DNA of 63,929 nt, the filler included, from Choristocarpus tenellus KU-1152 (Eukaryota; Protista; Phaeophyceae): the NCBI GenBank assembly GCA_964200185.2. It is 9 parts of 9 records of this genome, joined end to end, with 100 filler letters (N's around TTAATTAATTAA, not from the genome) between each part and the next. Parts side by side here need not be neighbours in the genome. Positions count along the whole stretch, not along the records: positions 21,733 to 29,422 come from CAXNAD020005748.1; positions 29,523 to 36,117 come from CAXNAD020007794.1; positions 36,218 to 42,315 come from CAXNAD020008941.1; 6 more parts are not named here. The stretch is one strand, 5' to 3'. A program made the translations under genes and the position numbers. Under the pieces are notes generated by a model that worked only from the letters and a program-made list of their open reading frames with translations, did no database searches and was not told the DNA's origin. Below are positions 26,801 through 39,818 of this stretch, one piece after another. Position 1 is the stretch's first letter. Each line of letters begins with the position of its first letter.

Positions 26801-27868
26801 GGGCATGTGTGTGGAGACAATAAATATTGCAACCTGGCGGAAGAGAGATCCGAGTGAATAGCAGCAGGGGTTGAATTTAAAAAAATTAACTCAGGCAGGC
26901 GGTTATTATAGACGGTGTGCGGCACTAACGAGAGAGGGAATTGAAACAAAATGTTAAAAGGGTTTCTATTAAATGGAACAAGGCTTTTTCCATTGGTCCA
27001 AGCACTTTGTTGTTGTTTTCTCAAGGACAGGCGATGGAACTCCCTCGGGTTCTTCCATCTCACCGTTTTCGATCAGCTTTCTTGTTTAATGCTCTAGAAA
27101 AAAATAATTTTGACACAGTCTTGACACCGGCTTTATTCCTGTCGTTTTGTTTTGTTTTCCCCTTTTTTTTTGTTGTTGTTGCCTTGGAAATTAATTTTTC
27201 TTGGTGCCGTGTATTTACCCTCAAACTGTAACAAGCGAATCCCACTTACACCGTCAACACTTTTTATATTATTCCATATATATATATGTAGTAATTATTA
27301 TTATTTTATTATTATTTATTTTTATCTTAGTCGTCACACCGTACCCCGCCAACCGAACTTAAGTGCAATTTGAAACACAGTTTTTGACAAGAAGGGGGAA
27401 GGATTATTATTACCAGCGACAGGCAGTGAGAGTGAGAGAAGAATCCTCATTTGGTTGGGGAAAAAAAAAAACTGCCGATCTATAGCTCTCTGGTCGCCGT
27501 GTGGTGTACTGTAGCCTGCGACAGTCAGAACAAAAAAAAAGTGAAAAATTTTACAGCGTCGGCCCGTAAGATAATACACTACCCAAACATCTCCGATCCT
27601 GAGAAAGTTGGTGACGCAAAGAAGTATGAAAGTTGAGGAGGGGGGGAGTGGTGGGCCTTGGACGTTATTTTCATTGTTGAAGGGGCCTGTAAATGTGATG
27701 CCTGATGCCTCTTTTTCACGGCCTGAATTCAGGCAACCCACCCCCATCAGGAATATTCTTGTGGGTGTGTAAGAAAAATCTGAGACCACCTCTTGCGTTT
27801 ATAGCCTGCTCACCGAAAAAGGTTTGAACTGACACTGAACAGATGGAGTACATACATATATATATACA

Positions 27869-27899
<31 letters not shown>

Positions 27900-28994
27900 G
27901 TGTGTTTGTGTGTTTTTTGCCTACCTACTTTTAAGGATGGTGAATTCGTTGCCCTGTGGCACGGTGGAGAGTCAACCAATACGCACCGTTCAAGAGTTCC
28001 CTCGACCAATCAGGTGTAGCGATACTAAATTTTTGCAATGGATTGTAATAGGAAGGCTTCTGCCATTTTGCTCAATTTTGGAAGGGGGGTTTCAGCACAA
28101 CCCGAACGGGTCTCATCTTAGAAGCAGTTGAGATCACTGACGGTGTTAAGGCTTCTGGATCCTTCGACAACCAGATGTATAGCCCAACCCTCTTGTGTCA
28201 GTTTAGGGCATATTGCGCACGTTATGTAGTGTCGAAGTAGGGTGCATTAGACGACGCTATGCGGGATACGTAACTGTTGGATGTATATAGAGAAATCTTG
28301 AACTTTTATGACAACAAGAGGTACGGCCAACCCGCCGTTGATATCAGGCTTCTTGGTCATATTTTGACAACCAAAGGTACAGTCAACTCCCTTTTTTTTG
28401 TTTTAGTCAGGCCAAAATAAGCCAGCCTCTCTATTCAATATTTATTTTACACACTACCCAAGGGTGATGCATACGGTACTTCGATGACTCAGTAAGGAGA
28501 TTGGTAAAGACAACAGTCAATTTTTTGCATCTATGTGTCAACATCTATAAGCAAGGGTGCAATATGTCATGGCTTCTGCGGATGTGGCTCTGGTTCTGAC
28601 GCAAGGATAACAAAACACCTTCCTGAAACAAATGCTCTCCTCTCAGGCGCTAGCTACGCTGGCGCTCTTAACTTCGTACACAATGCACTACTCTCTTTTT
28701 TTTAACAAAGAAAGTGTGACTGCCATTTGGTGTTCCTTCCTGTTACTCACACATAATACATAAAGACAGACAGGCAGGCAGGCAAGCATAAATACATACA
28801 TACATACATACATATTCTCCCCCCCCCCCTGCCCCTACATCACTCTCCCTCCTGTCCCCCTCGTGTATGGCAATGAAATGGACTGGCTCTTTCTGAAGGT
28901 GGCGACGGCGAACACGTACGCGCAGATGTTTAGCAACCTCCCCTCCTGTGGCAAGCCAACACGCCTATTGGTGTATGACCTCCACACCCTGCAG
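23811..28994 (+). CDS. PRS: Ribose-phosphate pyrophosphokinase (PRPP synthetase), class II / plant PRS3-4-like; 5' part, probably plastid-targeted
   Basis: Exons 24748-24994 (...YQIVAAEAMEGLARSLQEKYPERFRFHPTCWGKFPDGTDNIE), 25601-25696 (IGGFTPRNVISGEHVLFLASFHNNDVTLSQFQ), 26250-26348 (VMICLLQYFVESLTVVLPYYPTGTMERVVKEGQ) and 28899-28994 (VATANTYAQMFSNLPSCGKPTRLLVYDLHTLQ) join in phase 0 and carry class II motifs. Exon 23811-24055 encodes a signal-peptide-like start and is phase-compatible with 24748; intervening exons are uncertain. The 3' end is lost at the contig break. Confidence 0.88.
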
Positions 28995-29381
28995 GTAGAA
29001 AGAACGCTTTTTAATTCCAAAATCAACAGATTGCAAGCTTTCTCGCTCTGCAATACGACTACCCTCCACAACTAACTGATTTGCTTTTTTTTTGCTTTAA
29101 ATGATATTATAATTTTTTTATGTTGCTCTTCCTTTTTGGGAGGTAAAATTATTTTTCTTTTTTTCTTCACGCGATGGAAGAGGACGCTTTCTACGCTTTA
29201 TTCGGACTCTGTTTAAAAAAACAAAAAAACAAATTGCTCTCGTCTCTCGTCCTCTACGGCTGTTCGGTTACTTTTTTTTTTTTTAAACAAGCTGCTTGTC
29301 GTATTCTTAATTAGTCCCGCGTTCCGTAACCCCCCCATACAACTGAACATATGTTTTTTCTTTTGTTCTACTTGTGGGGGT

Positions 29382-29422
29382 GAGCCAAAGTATCTTAGAG
29401 GGTAGAGCCGCGTCCATTTGGG
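29382..29422. mobile_element. MITE family A end, cut by contig break; the same end in reverse orientation starts the next contig (29523-29562)
   Basis: gagccaaagtatcttagagggtagagccgcgtccatttggg versus ccaaatggacgcggctctaccctctaagatactctggctc. Confidence 0.9.
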
Positions 29423-29709
29423 NNNNNNNNNNNNNNNNNNNNNNNNNNNNNNNNNNNNNNNNNNNNTTAATTAATTAANNNNNNNNNNNNNNNNNNNNNN
29501 NNNNNNNNNNNNNNNNNNNNNNCCAAATGGACGCGGCTCTACCCTCTAAGATACTCTGGCTCAATCGTGTACATGAAGTAGTGATTGTGTACGTAGTGAG
29601 ATAATGCAAGTAGTACGGTAGATTGGTGATGAACCTGGGCATTGGAATATAGTGCTGTTGAAGTATCATTCTAGGAAATGTATTTGTCGGTGATCTAGGG
29701 TTAGGGTTA

Positions 29710-29967
29710 GAGCCAAAGTATCTTAGAGGGTAGAGTCGTGTCCATTTTGGGGCCAATATCCAATGTTGCGATTTTGATGCAATTTTGGCATTGTGTTTGT
29801 TAGGAAGTGTCAATATCCATGTTCCGGACACACCTTTCATAACATATTCACTTCACCTACTCCTAAACGTTTTGGAGTAGGAAAAATGTCATAAAAGAAC
29901 CCATGGGAAGCCAAACCCCAAATGGACAAACAGGGCAAAACTCGTACCCTCTAAGATACTTTCACTC
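29710..29967. mobile_element. MITE family A, full length, abutting a TTAGGG tract
   Basis: TIRs gagccaaagtatcttagagggta / taccctctaagatactttcactc. Confidence 0.92.
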
Positions 29968-30308
29968 TTAGTGAATGAAAGTGTGACAAATGGAGATTGG
30001 GAACTAACCTCCCCTTTATGGACAGGACTCACTCTTCGCTGTAAATTAATAAAGCACATTCTACATCATCATCTTCTTCTTGGTGAAGCAGCAGACTCTT
30101 TAGTAGCATGTGAACAGAGAGGGCGGATAGACGGGGGGGTATTGTCTGAGGAGGTTGGGTGAGATTCAAGGTATTCGATTCCTGTCTCCTTCGGCACCTT
30201 GAATGTTGAGTAAGCATGTTATAGATTGAATATCTCTCTAGAAGCATCTGCTTTTAGGAGTTATGTTCGGAGTTATAGAATAGTACTCGACTGTACGAAT
30301 TTAGTTTT

Positions 30309-30567
30309 GAGTGAAAGTATCTTAGAGGGTGCGAGTTTTGCCCTGTTTGTCCATTTGGGGCTTCGCTTCCCATGGGGTTTTTATGGGATTTTGCCTACTC
30401 CAAATTGTTTCGGAGTAGGTAATATGTGTATGTTATGAAAAGGTGTGTCCGGAACAAGGATACTGACACTTCCTAACAAATACAACAGATCAAATTACAT
30501 GAAAATCGCAACATTGGATTTTGGCCCCCAAATGAACGCGGCCCTACCCTCTAAGATAATTTGGCTC
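30309..30567. mobile_element. MITE family A, full length, opposite orientation to the 29710 copy; TSD tttt
   Basis: TIRs gagtgaaagtatcttagagggt / accctctaagataatttggctc; tttt on both flanks. Confidence 0.92.
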
Positions 30568-30998
30568 TTTTGTCTGGACTTGAAAAATGATTGCCAGAGG
30601 ACTGTTTTAATGAGAGCCATTGCAAGTCGTGCCCGGTTTGAGGAAGGCAGGAGAGGTGGCAGGACGAATGCATCCCAATGGGTGAATGTGAGAAATAAGA
30701 GGTTATTATTGGGTGCAAATGTTGTGCTTCACAACATGTCCCCTTTCCTGAAATAATAAAATATACTAATTAAAAAAAATATATGTGTGCTTTCAATACT
30801 TAGTGTGTACTATGTTGCCTGACATGACTCTCACACAACCTATTGGCACACAGAATAGTTGTTACACTAGAGAAGGGGGCAGGTCGGATGTATCGAGAAA
30901 GGGGGTAGAGGAGAGGGAAATGGTTGAGTGGTCAAATTGAAGGCAAAGGTCGGGTTGGAGGGTGGGGGGTGGAAATCCGCAAAAGGGGTTGTAATTAC

Positions 30999-33900
30999 CT
31001 CCAAGCGATGACTCCGTAGCTGGTGTTTTAGGTTGGTAATCTCTGTTCTGAGGCTGCCAATGAGGTTGACATACTCAGATATGTGGTAATTCACACTCAG
31101 AGAATTACGGGTGACGTTAGTCTTGATGTTCTTGGCTCGGTTGGCATACTTGAGAGTGTTCAAGGTCTCCTCAAAGGAGGAAGATGCTCCGCTGTGTTGA
31201 ACAAGGGGAGCAAGAAATAAGGGATCCGGATGAGCGGGGTTAAGGGCTAAAAGTATCTGGGGGGGGGGTGGCGGCTGTCCATTTGGGGTCAATTTTTTTC
31301 ATGTCGCGATTTTGTGTGATTTTGTTGCATATGTTGGATGGATAATGTAAATGCACTTTTCCTGATTTTCGCCCAAATGGGCACCCTGGTGTAGACCCCC
31401 CCCTCCCCCTCCCCCCAGATACTTTGCGTCTTAGGAACAATTGGAGAGAATGAGAGGAATGAGGTGCAGTAGGAAGAAACCTGTGCCAAGTAACAATTTT
31501 GTTCTCTCCGTGGGCAATGAGACACCGCTACATCTGGGCAAGGGGTAAGGATGGGGATGCAAGGGATAAGAGGAGTTTCTTCATGCGTATGTGGTGCTGA
31601 AGTAGATCGCACAACAGAAGAGTAGGTGGTACCAGCCACTCTGTCCTGGTGAAAGGAAAGTTTTGGTGGAAAACCACGTATGGTGTACAGTCTCGGTTTG
31701 AAACTGGCGAAATATGCCTACAGACATGATGGTGAACAATCGATATCGACAAGTTAGGATGTTGGTGGATGAAGAATGGACTAAGATATTTCAATCAAGG
31801 AAAGGTGGAGGGACTCACTAGATAAGAGGAGATGTGAGGGGATCAAGTAGTGTATTTGGATCAGACTATACTAGGGTCAGGGCAGTGGTCAGGGCAGGGT
31901 AGGGCAGGGCAGAAGACGTGGAGGCGTCTGGGGTTGTGCCCACTTCGTTTCCACATGAGGGGGGAGTGAGGGGGAAAATATAGAGTCCAAGCACATGTAG
32001 ACACAACGCTTGTATAGCACGGGTGCAAGGAGTAAATGAGATGTGTTGTAGGTATTACTTCCAATAAAAGTAAGATTGAGGGCAGTTAGTTTGCCAAGCT
32101 GTCTAATGATGAAATTCATGGTTTTCCCCCCCCCCGTGCAACTTGTTCATCGAAACGTATGCGTAACAACACCATGCACTCAGGGTATGCAACAGACCTG
32201 ATGTTTGCTATCATGACTGTTCGACAATTTCCACCCAGGGAGTCCTTGAGGAGGCGTGTGAGCTTTGAATCTCTGTGTATGTTGGGCGGAAGGGAGCAGG
32301 GGCGGTTCATCTTCATCCTAGATGCGTTGATATTACCATGGTGGAGTTCGAGAGAAGTATGATTCAGATCGGAATAAAGTTTCTTGGGAAAAGGGACTCA
32401 CTACAAGGCTACAGCATTTGTTGCTTGTTGCTTATTGCTTATTGCAGGAGTACTGAGGATGTATTTATTATGCATTATTATTATTATTTATTATGCAACA
32501 GCAGCGTGGCGTTGGACAGGCAATGAAGGAGCCATGCAGCCCCAACTAAAGGGGGAAAAGTATACAAGTGGTGTTACAAAACTATCACCTGTAGGGCACA
32601 AACTGTCCCTTGTTGCCCTTCTCTCCCAGAGCGTTGATGCAATTGCCCAGAGCCAGCAGTGAGCGGTTGATGTTTGCGCCCTCTACCAGCCTCACCCCTC
32701 TGTTCTGAGTGGCAGCTGCCCTAGGCACTCATGCATGGAGGGGAGGATGGCAGCAACAACAGGGTCGAGGCACTGAAGTCTTCATGCGTACATAGTATGA
32801 GAGTAGGACGTCTTGCCTGTAGAAGTATCGTAGTACTACCGTCGTAGTACCGTAGCAGTACTGACATGAGATGAAGATTTTTTCATATTCGAGAAAAGAC
32901 ATTAATGAAGAATCTGTGCTTTGCGCCACATGTTCAGGCAGATCATGGCCAGCTCGTATTCCTCTGAAACCAACGCCTAACATTCAATCCTCTACACCCT
33001 TGACAACTCTGAAATTCCTTACTTGTAGATAGTGAGTTACGCATTATGGTAAACATTTCGGACTAAATTTTAAGACCCCCTGTGCACACGACAACGGTAT
33101 TTCTTCAGTTACTCGTGTGTGTACTATTGCCCGCTTCTTGATAATACGATGACTGGTGCGTCAGCAAAATAGAACCGTTTCTTTCTCCATCCCTTTCTCC
33201 CTGCTCCCTCTGACACCCTTGACACCCTTCAAGCGATGCCCTTTCTGTGTGCACCTCTCACTGCCAGCAAGATCCACCAGGGAGAGCTTCCCGATATTTA
33301 TCTTGCTCATGGTGCTGGGAGTCTTGTCCCTGCTCTCCACCACTACCTGCGTGATAGGACAGATAATGTGCATGCCCACACGTAAGGCGGTAACATTTCA
33401 TAGTAACATACTTTCAATTACAATTTGGAATGGATTTTTAGCTTTGCAAGTCCACTGTCGTTGCTTTGATGTAGAGGGATGTACTCAGGTGGGGTAAGGA
33501 GTTGAAGTTTCTGCCTGCCCCTATCTCACGTAGAGTGCTATATATTGTAACGCCGGTTACACCACGCATACCGGTCCAGTTGGGGTCACATTCTAACCCC
33601 GAGTTGGGATGTTGAGAGATCAACTTCAATGCCACAAGTGCAGTGATAAGGCGTGTTGTACCTCCGGGTTGCAAGGATTCGGTTTCAGAGGGACAGGATT
33701 TTGAACTCATGTCTTTTGGCAGGTACTGCTTGTCGATTGTGTGCGTTGGTGCATTTTTCCAAGGTTAAACGAGACCTGGAGAACTGCATGAGATCTGGAG
33801 GACACATCATTGGCTTTGGTGGCCTGCTGAGTGCGACTCCTGTTCCCCTGGTGGAGCAGTCCCATGATCTCCTCGGGAGTACGGGTGACTACCTCAGATA

Positions 33901-35493
33901 TGCCGGAGACGGTTGGGCCCTGGTATGGAATATGAGATGGAATATGAGATGGAATATGAGATGGAATATGAGATGGAATATGAGACAAGGAGGAGGGGAG
34001 ACGCAACGTTGCGGTGTGCCACGAGTTCAAGTTTGAATGTGTAATATTGAGCCAAACAGTCTATTACACAATGATAATATGAATGACATTAGATGAGTGT
34101 GGGTGTGGTTCTGTATTTGGCTAGGGATCTATCTCGGAGAAATCTATCTTTAACTTGTGTGTTGTTGATACCCCAGTTTTTCCACTCTGTAAACCCCACA
34201 ACATACAGTTTAACTCAAATTAGTATCAGTGGTTGTTTGATGCTGACATGAGAATACTGTTGAATACATTGTTGAGCGTTAGGAATGTACAGCACTGCAG
34301 TTTTGGCAAAGATTGACCCGTGTTCAGCAGCTTTACAGCTGGCTACACTGACACAAGTGTCTAGAATGTGAAATCTCTTGTGAGGCGCAGTTCTCATTCC
34401 ATCCATCTAACCCTAACCCTAACCCTAACCCTTGGTATCACGTGTAGAGCATTGCCTTCTATCTTGTGGGACATCACATGCATATGGTCAACCCACCCAT
34501 ACCTCCACACATTTCTGAATTCAGATGATATTTAGTGCTCTCAAAAAACGTTTCGAAATTCTTAGCCAATGGTAAGCAACTGCACGAATATAAAAAAAAT
34601 CCTCCTCCATGTGACATCCCGTCTAAATACAATAGAGACCATTTGAGGTCTTGATGTACTCCTGGGCCAAAGTAAATGAGAGATACCTGGGGTTGCAATT
34701 TAAGGACGCTGATAAATATGTGCAATATTGTACTTCAGTTGCAAAATGCGTGGAGGAATTTTTCTGAATTTTCTGAATTAAAAAAAAATATTAAAACAAT
34801 AGAGAAACCAACGCTCTCAAGTCAAGCTTAGGACCTCATCCACAGAAATATGGGCGAATCACAGAAGATTGAAAAACTGACTCAAGATGCAAACAAAGCG
34901 ACCAAAACCTGGCTTACTCTCGTATACATTGGCTCTCCTCAGTATGCGTTCCTAAATGACACGCCGCTCATCTAGGCAACCACGTAGAGAGCAATACAAC
35001 ATCACCTCTACCTGTGTGGAGAAGTTAAAGACAAAAACCGTTCTGATATTTCAAGGTAGACGTACTGAATGCCTCAAACGTGTGGGACCAACTTGCGCGC
35101 GACCGACCCTTTTTTGTCACTTCTTTTCCCAAGTCATGGATTGCGTTTGCTCCACAGTACACGAGTCAACGATATTTTCAATATTATGGGAAAGGCACCG
35201 CGTAGAACTTGAGACAAGCAATGCTGCAACAAGTACTCACGTACCTTGATAGGGTCCTCTCTGAGGTCTAGGAACTCCCCGCTGTCGTTCAACAGGTCCC
35301 GGATGTTCTCGTTGTAGACCTTAATGTGAGGGTGTGTATGACACACCAAATGTTGTTGAGTTCGTTTGCAGTTAATTGTAATGGTACAACAGTGAGTCGG
35401 CGGTTTGGGCTTGAGTGTCAGTAGCATGTCTCTCATGGTGTGCAGGGTGGTGAGGAATGAAAGGTTTGTTGAGCCTTTTCCATGCATAGCAAG

Positions 35494-35528
<35 letters not shown>

Positions 35529-35850
35529 ACACGTCTTGCTTCGATTCCCTCTCTCTCTATTTGTTGAAGTGCCTCACATGCCATACTTCATGGAGATGGC
35601 ACACAACCTAGGCATCTCTATCTACCCACTCCACAACTGACTGTTCCCTCCTTTTGAAAGCATTTTGGTTTTATGGGGGAATCAAAGATGCTCTGTGAGA
35701 AAATACGCCACTTGGTCCTCTTGTATACATGGCAAGTGATAGAGCATACCCATCCCTACAGACGATCTATCTAGATTATTTGTAACTGGTACACCCCACC
35801 TCGAGGAAGGAGACTATGACCGTGTAGTTCATTCCCTGCTCTAGGCTGGC
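30999..35850 (-). CDS. Kinesin motor domain, kinesin-8 (KIF18/KIF19-like); C-terminal half of motor plus neck
   Basis: Phase-consistent exons 35800-35850 ([17 protein letters not shown]), 35245-35319 ([10 protein letters not shown]...LDLREDPIK), 33776-33919 (...[13 protein letters not shown], switch I), 33255-33346 ([13 protein letters not shown], switch II), 32589-32720 ([19 protein letters not shown]...VPYR), 32198-32272 ([24 protein letters not shown]) and 30999-31191 ([18 protein letters not shown]...[16 protein letters not shown]). [10 protein letters not shown] and [12 protein letters not shown] are kinesin-8 hallmarks. Confidence 0.93.
31245..31430. mobile_element. MITE family B (~185 bp) in a kinesin intron
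   Basis: TIRs ggctaaaagtatctggggg / ccccccagatactttgcgtc; tgtccatttgg-like motif inside both ends. Confidence 0.9.
33925..33985. repeat. 12-bp tandem repeat (tggaatatgaga) x5 next to a kinesin splice acceptor
   Basis: Direct inspection. Confidence 0.92.
34664..34935. mobile_element. MITE family D (~270 bp, older and more diverged), perfect 4-bp TSD tcct
   Basis: Ends gggccaaagtaaatgagagatacctgg / cctggcttactctcgtatacattggctc; tcct at 34660-34663 and 34936-34939; homologous to 39560-39818 (inverted) and 51018-51272. Confidence 0.8.
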
Positions 35851-36217
35851 CTGTCAGAAGTTGAAAGGTTCAGGCGCCAAAGCAGACAGGAAGTATCAGC
35901 TTCTATGCAACGGGCCATGGTGCTAAGTGGATTGCTCACTCAGAAACAGTCATGTGTCGGGTTGGAGAGAGGAGAGGCACATTTAGAAATTTGCCTCGCA
36001 ATGCGAAGAACTAAGAAAAACAATTGATTTTCGCACCTAAGATAAGGGGGGAGGGCTGACAGGTAGGGGGGGGGGGGGGGGTGTTTTTTCGGCCCCTCTC
36101 CGTGGGGAGAGGCTGAGNNNNNNNNNNNNNNNNNNNNNNNNNNNNNNNNNNNNNNNNNNNNTTAATTAATTAANNNNNNNNNNNNNNNNNNNNNNNNNNN
36201 NNNNNNNNNNNNNNNNN

Positions 36218-36619
36218 GTGTCCATTTGGACCAAAATAAAGACAAGAGCATTTACGTTAGAGCCAAAGTATCTTAGAGGGTAGGGCCTCGTCCATTTCGG
36301 GGTCAAAGTCCAGTTTTGCGACTTTGATGTAATTTTGGCTATCGTGTTTGTTGGGAAATGTCATTATCCTTGTTCCGAACACACCTTTTCATGATGTATA
36401 GATTTTACCTACTCCGAAACATTTTGGATTAGGAAAATGTCATAAAAATACGCCATGGGAAGTCAAGCCCCAAATGGACAGGTAGGGCAAAACTCGTACC
36501 CTCTAAGATACTTTCATTCATTTTCCATCCGACGTATGCAATCCAATCACCCAAACATTGCGACATGAAAAAATTGACCCCAAATGGACAGCCGCCTCCC
36601 CCCCCAGATACTTTGAGCC
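36218..36619. mobile_element. Nested MITEs: family A (36260-36519) inserted into family B
   Basis: The B consensus gcatttacattatccatccgacg is split as gcatttacgtta[A]attttccatccgacg. Confidence 0.9.
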
Positions 36620-37270
36620 TGGCACCTCTCCCAGGTTTCATGTGTCATCAGGTTGGTATCTCAATACAGTGCCTCTTAACTAAACTTCTTCAAACTGCCA
36701 TTAGAGTCCCCTGCACCCAATTCCCTGCGAAGTTGCGCACATTGTCATCCATTGATGATGGCACATTGTGTGGTCCATGCAAGGGGCAGGTATTCCACCT
36801 TATCCTGAATCACAAGCCATCAAAGTCTGTTGTGGGAGGATATAAAGCCCAGTACCCTTCTCTTCCTGCTTTTGCTGATCCTGCTGCATATTCTAATCCA
36901 GATGTGCATCTCAGCGTACTCTGTGCCACAGTCGTAATATTGTCATTTAGATGGTGAAAAAAATAATCTAGTCGATAGGAAGTTCCTCCAACGTCTGCCA
37001 GGGTTCTAAACCATGTATCTCAACGTAGATCAAACAATCGTGTACTAAGAAGCAACAAACAAGAACAAGATTGAACATGCGAAATGATGGGCAGAAGGTA
37101 CAGAAGAAATATGATGGCATAAATAGACCATCAAATGCATGTACTCCCTCCATGCGATAAGTCCGTGCCTCATTGTCCATATCGTTTGAAGGTGTTGATA
37201 AATTCGTTTCTTGAAAGAAGATTTGGAATCCTTGACCAATTTCTGGTTAGGGTCAGCCCTTTTATTACTA

Positions 37271-38713
37271 TTACTCCCCATCCATCACAATTTTATCAGC
37301 TACAGAAAGAGTCTCCATGTCTACCATCGGCGTGTTTTCAAGTCCACCAGACAACTGCCTCTTCCTTACCCCTGTGCGCTCCACACTGAAGTCATTCCCC
37401 CCTTTGTATCTAAGTACTTGATTGTACACCACAAAAAGGAGCTGCCAAGTCTTCTCAAGTGTGGTTTCATCATACTCCTCATACTGTTTCTTAATGACCT
37501 TCACGATCTCCTCGATGAACCCAAACCTCTCCCCTATCAACCGGCGTTTCAAAGACCTGGAGAAGCACGGGTCCAAGATATTGAGGTCGGGGGACTTAGA
37601 TGGCTGTGACACAAGCCTAGTCGACCATCCCTCAGTCTTCCCTGCCCCCGACACAAGATTTATGAGTTGCCCTTGCCCGTGTGGGGGGTGGCACTGTCTT
37701 GCTGAACAACAGCGCGCTTCCCCTGCAACCAAGGACATCTTGGTCTTGATTGCGGGGAGTAACTCCTCCATGAACCACTTCCTGTACCACAAATGGTATA
37801 TAGTACAGACCTGCTCACACATATCCCCCATTTTATGGTTCTTGCTTGTCCTGTCTGCTGTTTTTGGCGCACACACACGCCAAACACCAAGCTTTCCATC
37901 AACGCTGTGAGCCGAATCTGGGCAGGCATTGACTGCAATGATCATGGTTTGGGGGATATGACTCTTGTGCTGCACAATAGGGGACCCTGGAAGCTCGCTA
38001 TCATCTTCATACGGAAATATAACCTTTCCCCATCAGCTTCACAAAAAACAGGTTTCATCCACATGGATTGTGTTCACTATGGAGGCATGCACACCATGGT
38101 TCCAGTCCACTTGATCGCAAACAAAATTCATTCTCCATACCTTTTGCCACAATTCATGCTTGGGTTTGATCCAGTGGTAATTCGGCATGGCCCCCATATC
38201 ATCCAACCTCCTGTTTATGGTGCTCATGCAATCATTCAGCCCCTTGGCGATCATCTTCATCGTCAGCTGACACACTGTGGATGACCGATTATCGGAGTTG
38301 ATAGTATGTATTGCTGCCATCTAGGTCAGTGCAAGCTCTGAAGGCCACCGACTATGTGCTGCCACCCCTGGGTCAAACGTGTGGCCACGGGTGAGTCGAT
38401 CAGCAACATCCTCCCAGAGCCATTGCATGTAGCACTCGGATACTCCAAACTCCGCTGTGAGGGCCGGCCCAACATGTCGCAGCAGTTTATGCTCGCAGGG
38501 AACCATCATGAGGGCATGCCACACTGCAAGCGCAACCCTGGTATTCAGGGACACTTGGGCACCCTTCCCACATGGGGGGGTCGACAGGGGGGTTACTATG
38601 CCGGCGTTCTGTCCCTCAACATGCCCAGTTCTGGCCTCAAAATCACCCCCAAAGACCCCTACTTGACGGATTGAAGCATCTCGAGTTTGTACCTGTTGAT
38701 CCTCGACCCCCAC
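37271..38713 (-). pseudogene. Near full-length decayed Tc1/mariner transposase of the DD39D (plant/stramenopile) type
   Basis: Motifs in order: IKP, TIHVDETCF (D1), QHKSHIP, DGKLGVW, ELLPAIKTK, VVQQDSATPH (D2), QPSKSPDLNILD (D3), KGGNDF. Interrupted by stops and frameshifts. TIRs not identified. Confidence 0.9.
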
Positions 38714-38829
38714 CTTTTCTGAAAGCCGAGATTGTCAACCCGATTTCATTTGTTGGGTTTATCATCCGATTCCGCGCCATTCTCGCTCAGCGAGCCCAGA
38801 TTTCTTCCGACACAAACTTAAGGCACAGA

Positions 38830-38942
38830 GGTAGTAGTACAAAACAATATATGATGTCATTAATAGACCGTCAAACGTATGTAGTACAAAACAGCGTATG
38901 ATGGCAGTAGTAGACCGACAAATGTATGTAGTACAAAACAAC
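38830..38942. repeat. Degenerate ~48-bp tandem unit (gtagtacaaaaca...atgatg...tagaccg.caaa.gtat) x2.3 upstream of the mariner ORF
   Basis: gtagtacaaaaca occurs three times at regular spacing. Confidence 0.7.
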
Positions 38943-39559
38943 ACTGCTTGACACCACCCATGATGTACGTGATTCATCCTGTCTTCTCGCAGGTGGGCCA
39001 ATTTAGGCCATTTTGAGTATTTCAGGCTATTTAGTCTAACATTATACTTGACATCCAATTCATTCACATGCCTAAATTGCCGTTAACCCTCTTCTGAAGG
39101 CTGTTACTCCAGAAGAGAAAATGAACATTAATTCACGTAAGCATAGAGGTGCATGTACCAGAAGGCAGTCACAGGGATCCAAAACACCAAACCACACACC
39201 TCTCTGTGATAGAATGGCTCATGTGGCTCACTCTCTGTTTGTTATAACTCTGATGGAGACACTACCAAGTGTCTTGTTTGTTGTTTGTGAAATAATGTAC
39301 TTCACTTAATTTACTCAGAAGCTTTAATATAACCTTTTCCCTTCTGTTCTATTCTTAAAGACATAATGGTGTGATGGTGGTAAGCAGAACTGTATCTCAA
39401 GAGTCGCATCGCCTGAGAAAGTAAACAACGTTGATGAGGAACAAGATATGACACAGCAAGCAAAACTTGCGGTGACACCTCCAACGGAAGGACCCGTCTG
39501 TAGGACACCAAAAAGCTGTGCAACATGCACTGCAATATATATATATATTGCAATGTTGT

Positions 39560-39818
39560 GAGTTAAAGTAAACGAGAGGTACCCAGGTTTTGGTCGTTTT
39601 GAATTTGAAGTCATTTTTTCAACAATGTGCAATTCACCTACATTTCTGTGGACGAAGTTCGAAGTTTCACTTGAGACTGTTTATTTCTCTATTGTTTAAA
39701 ACTTTTCGACATCATTCAAAAGATTTCCAATACACATTTGGATTTAAAGTATAATTTTGCACCTACTTGTCAACATCCTTCGAATGCAACTCTGAGAGTC
39801 TCTCATTTGCTTTGACGC
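39560..39818. mobile_element. MITE family D copy (inverted relative to 34664)
   Basis: gagttaaagtaaacgagaggtacccaggttttgg ... tctctcatttgctttgacgc. Confidence 0.75.

Noticed and set aside
29710-29967. PIF/Harbinger (Tourist) assignment from the tta...tta flanks of this copy
   Set aside because: Better-resolved sites (tcct, tatg, agtg and the frame-restoring Gypsy insertion) indicate 4-bp TSDs; this copy abuts a TTAGGG tract that blurs the boundary.
30445-30756. Recurring small ORFs such as ILTLPNK, ESILEG, TPGCPFG and [10 protein letters not shown] as a peptide family
   Set aside because: Chance translations of MITE A and B sequence, with frames not conserved between copies.
37271-38713. 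Mariner transposase as the mobiliser of MITEs A-D
   Set aside because: Tc1/mariner makes TA duplications; these MITEs have variable 4-bp TSDs, and I found no shared TIR around the mariner.
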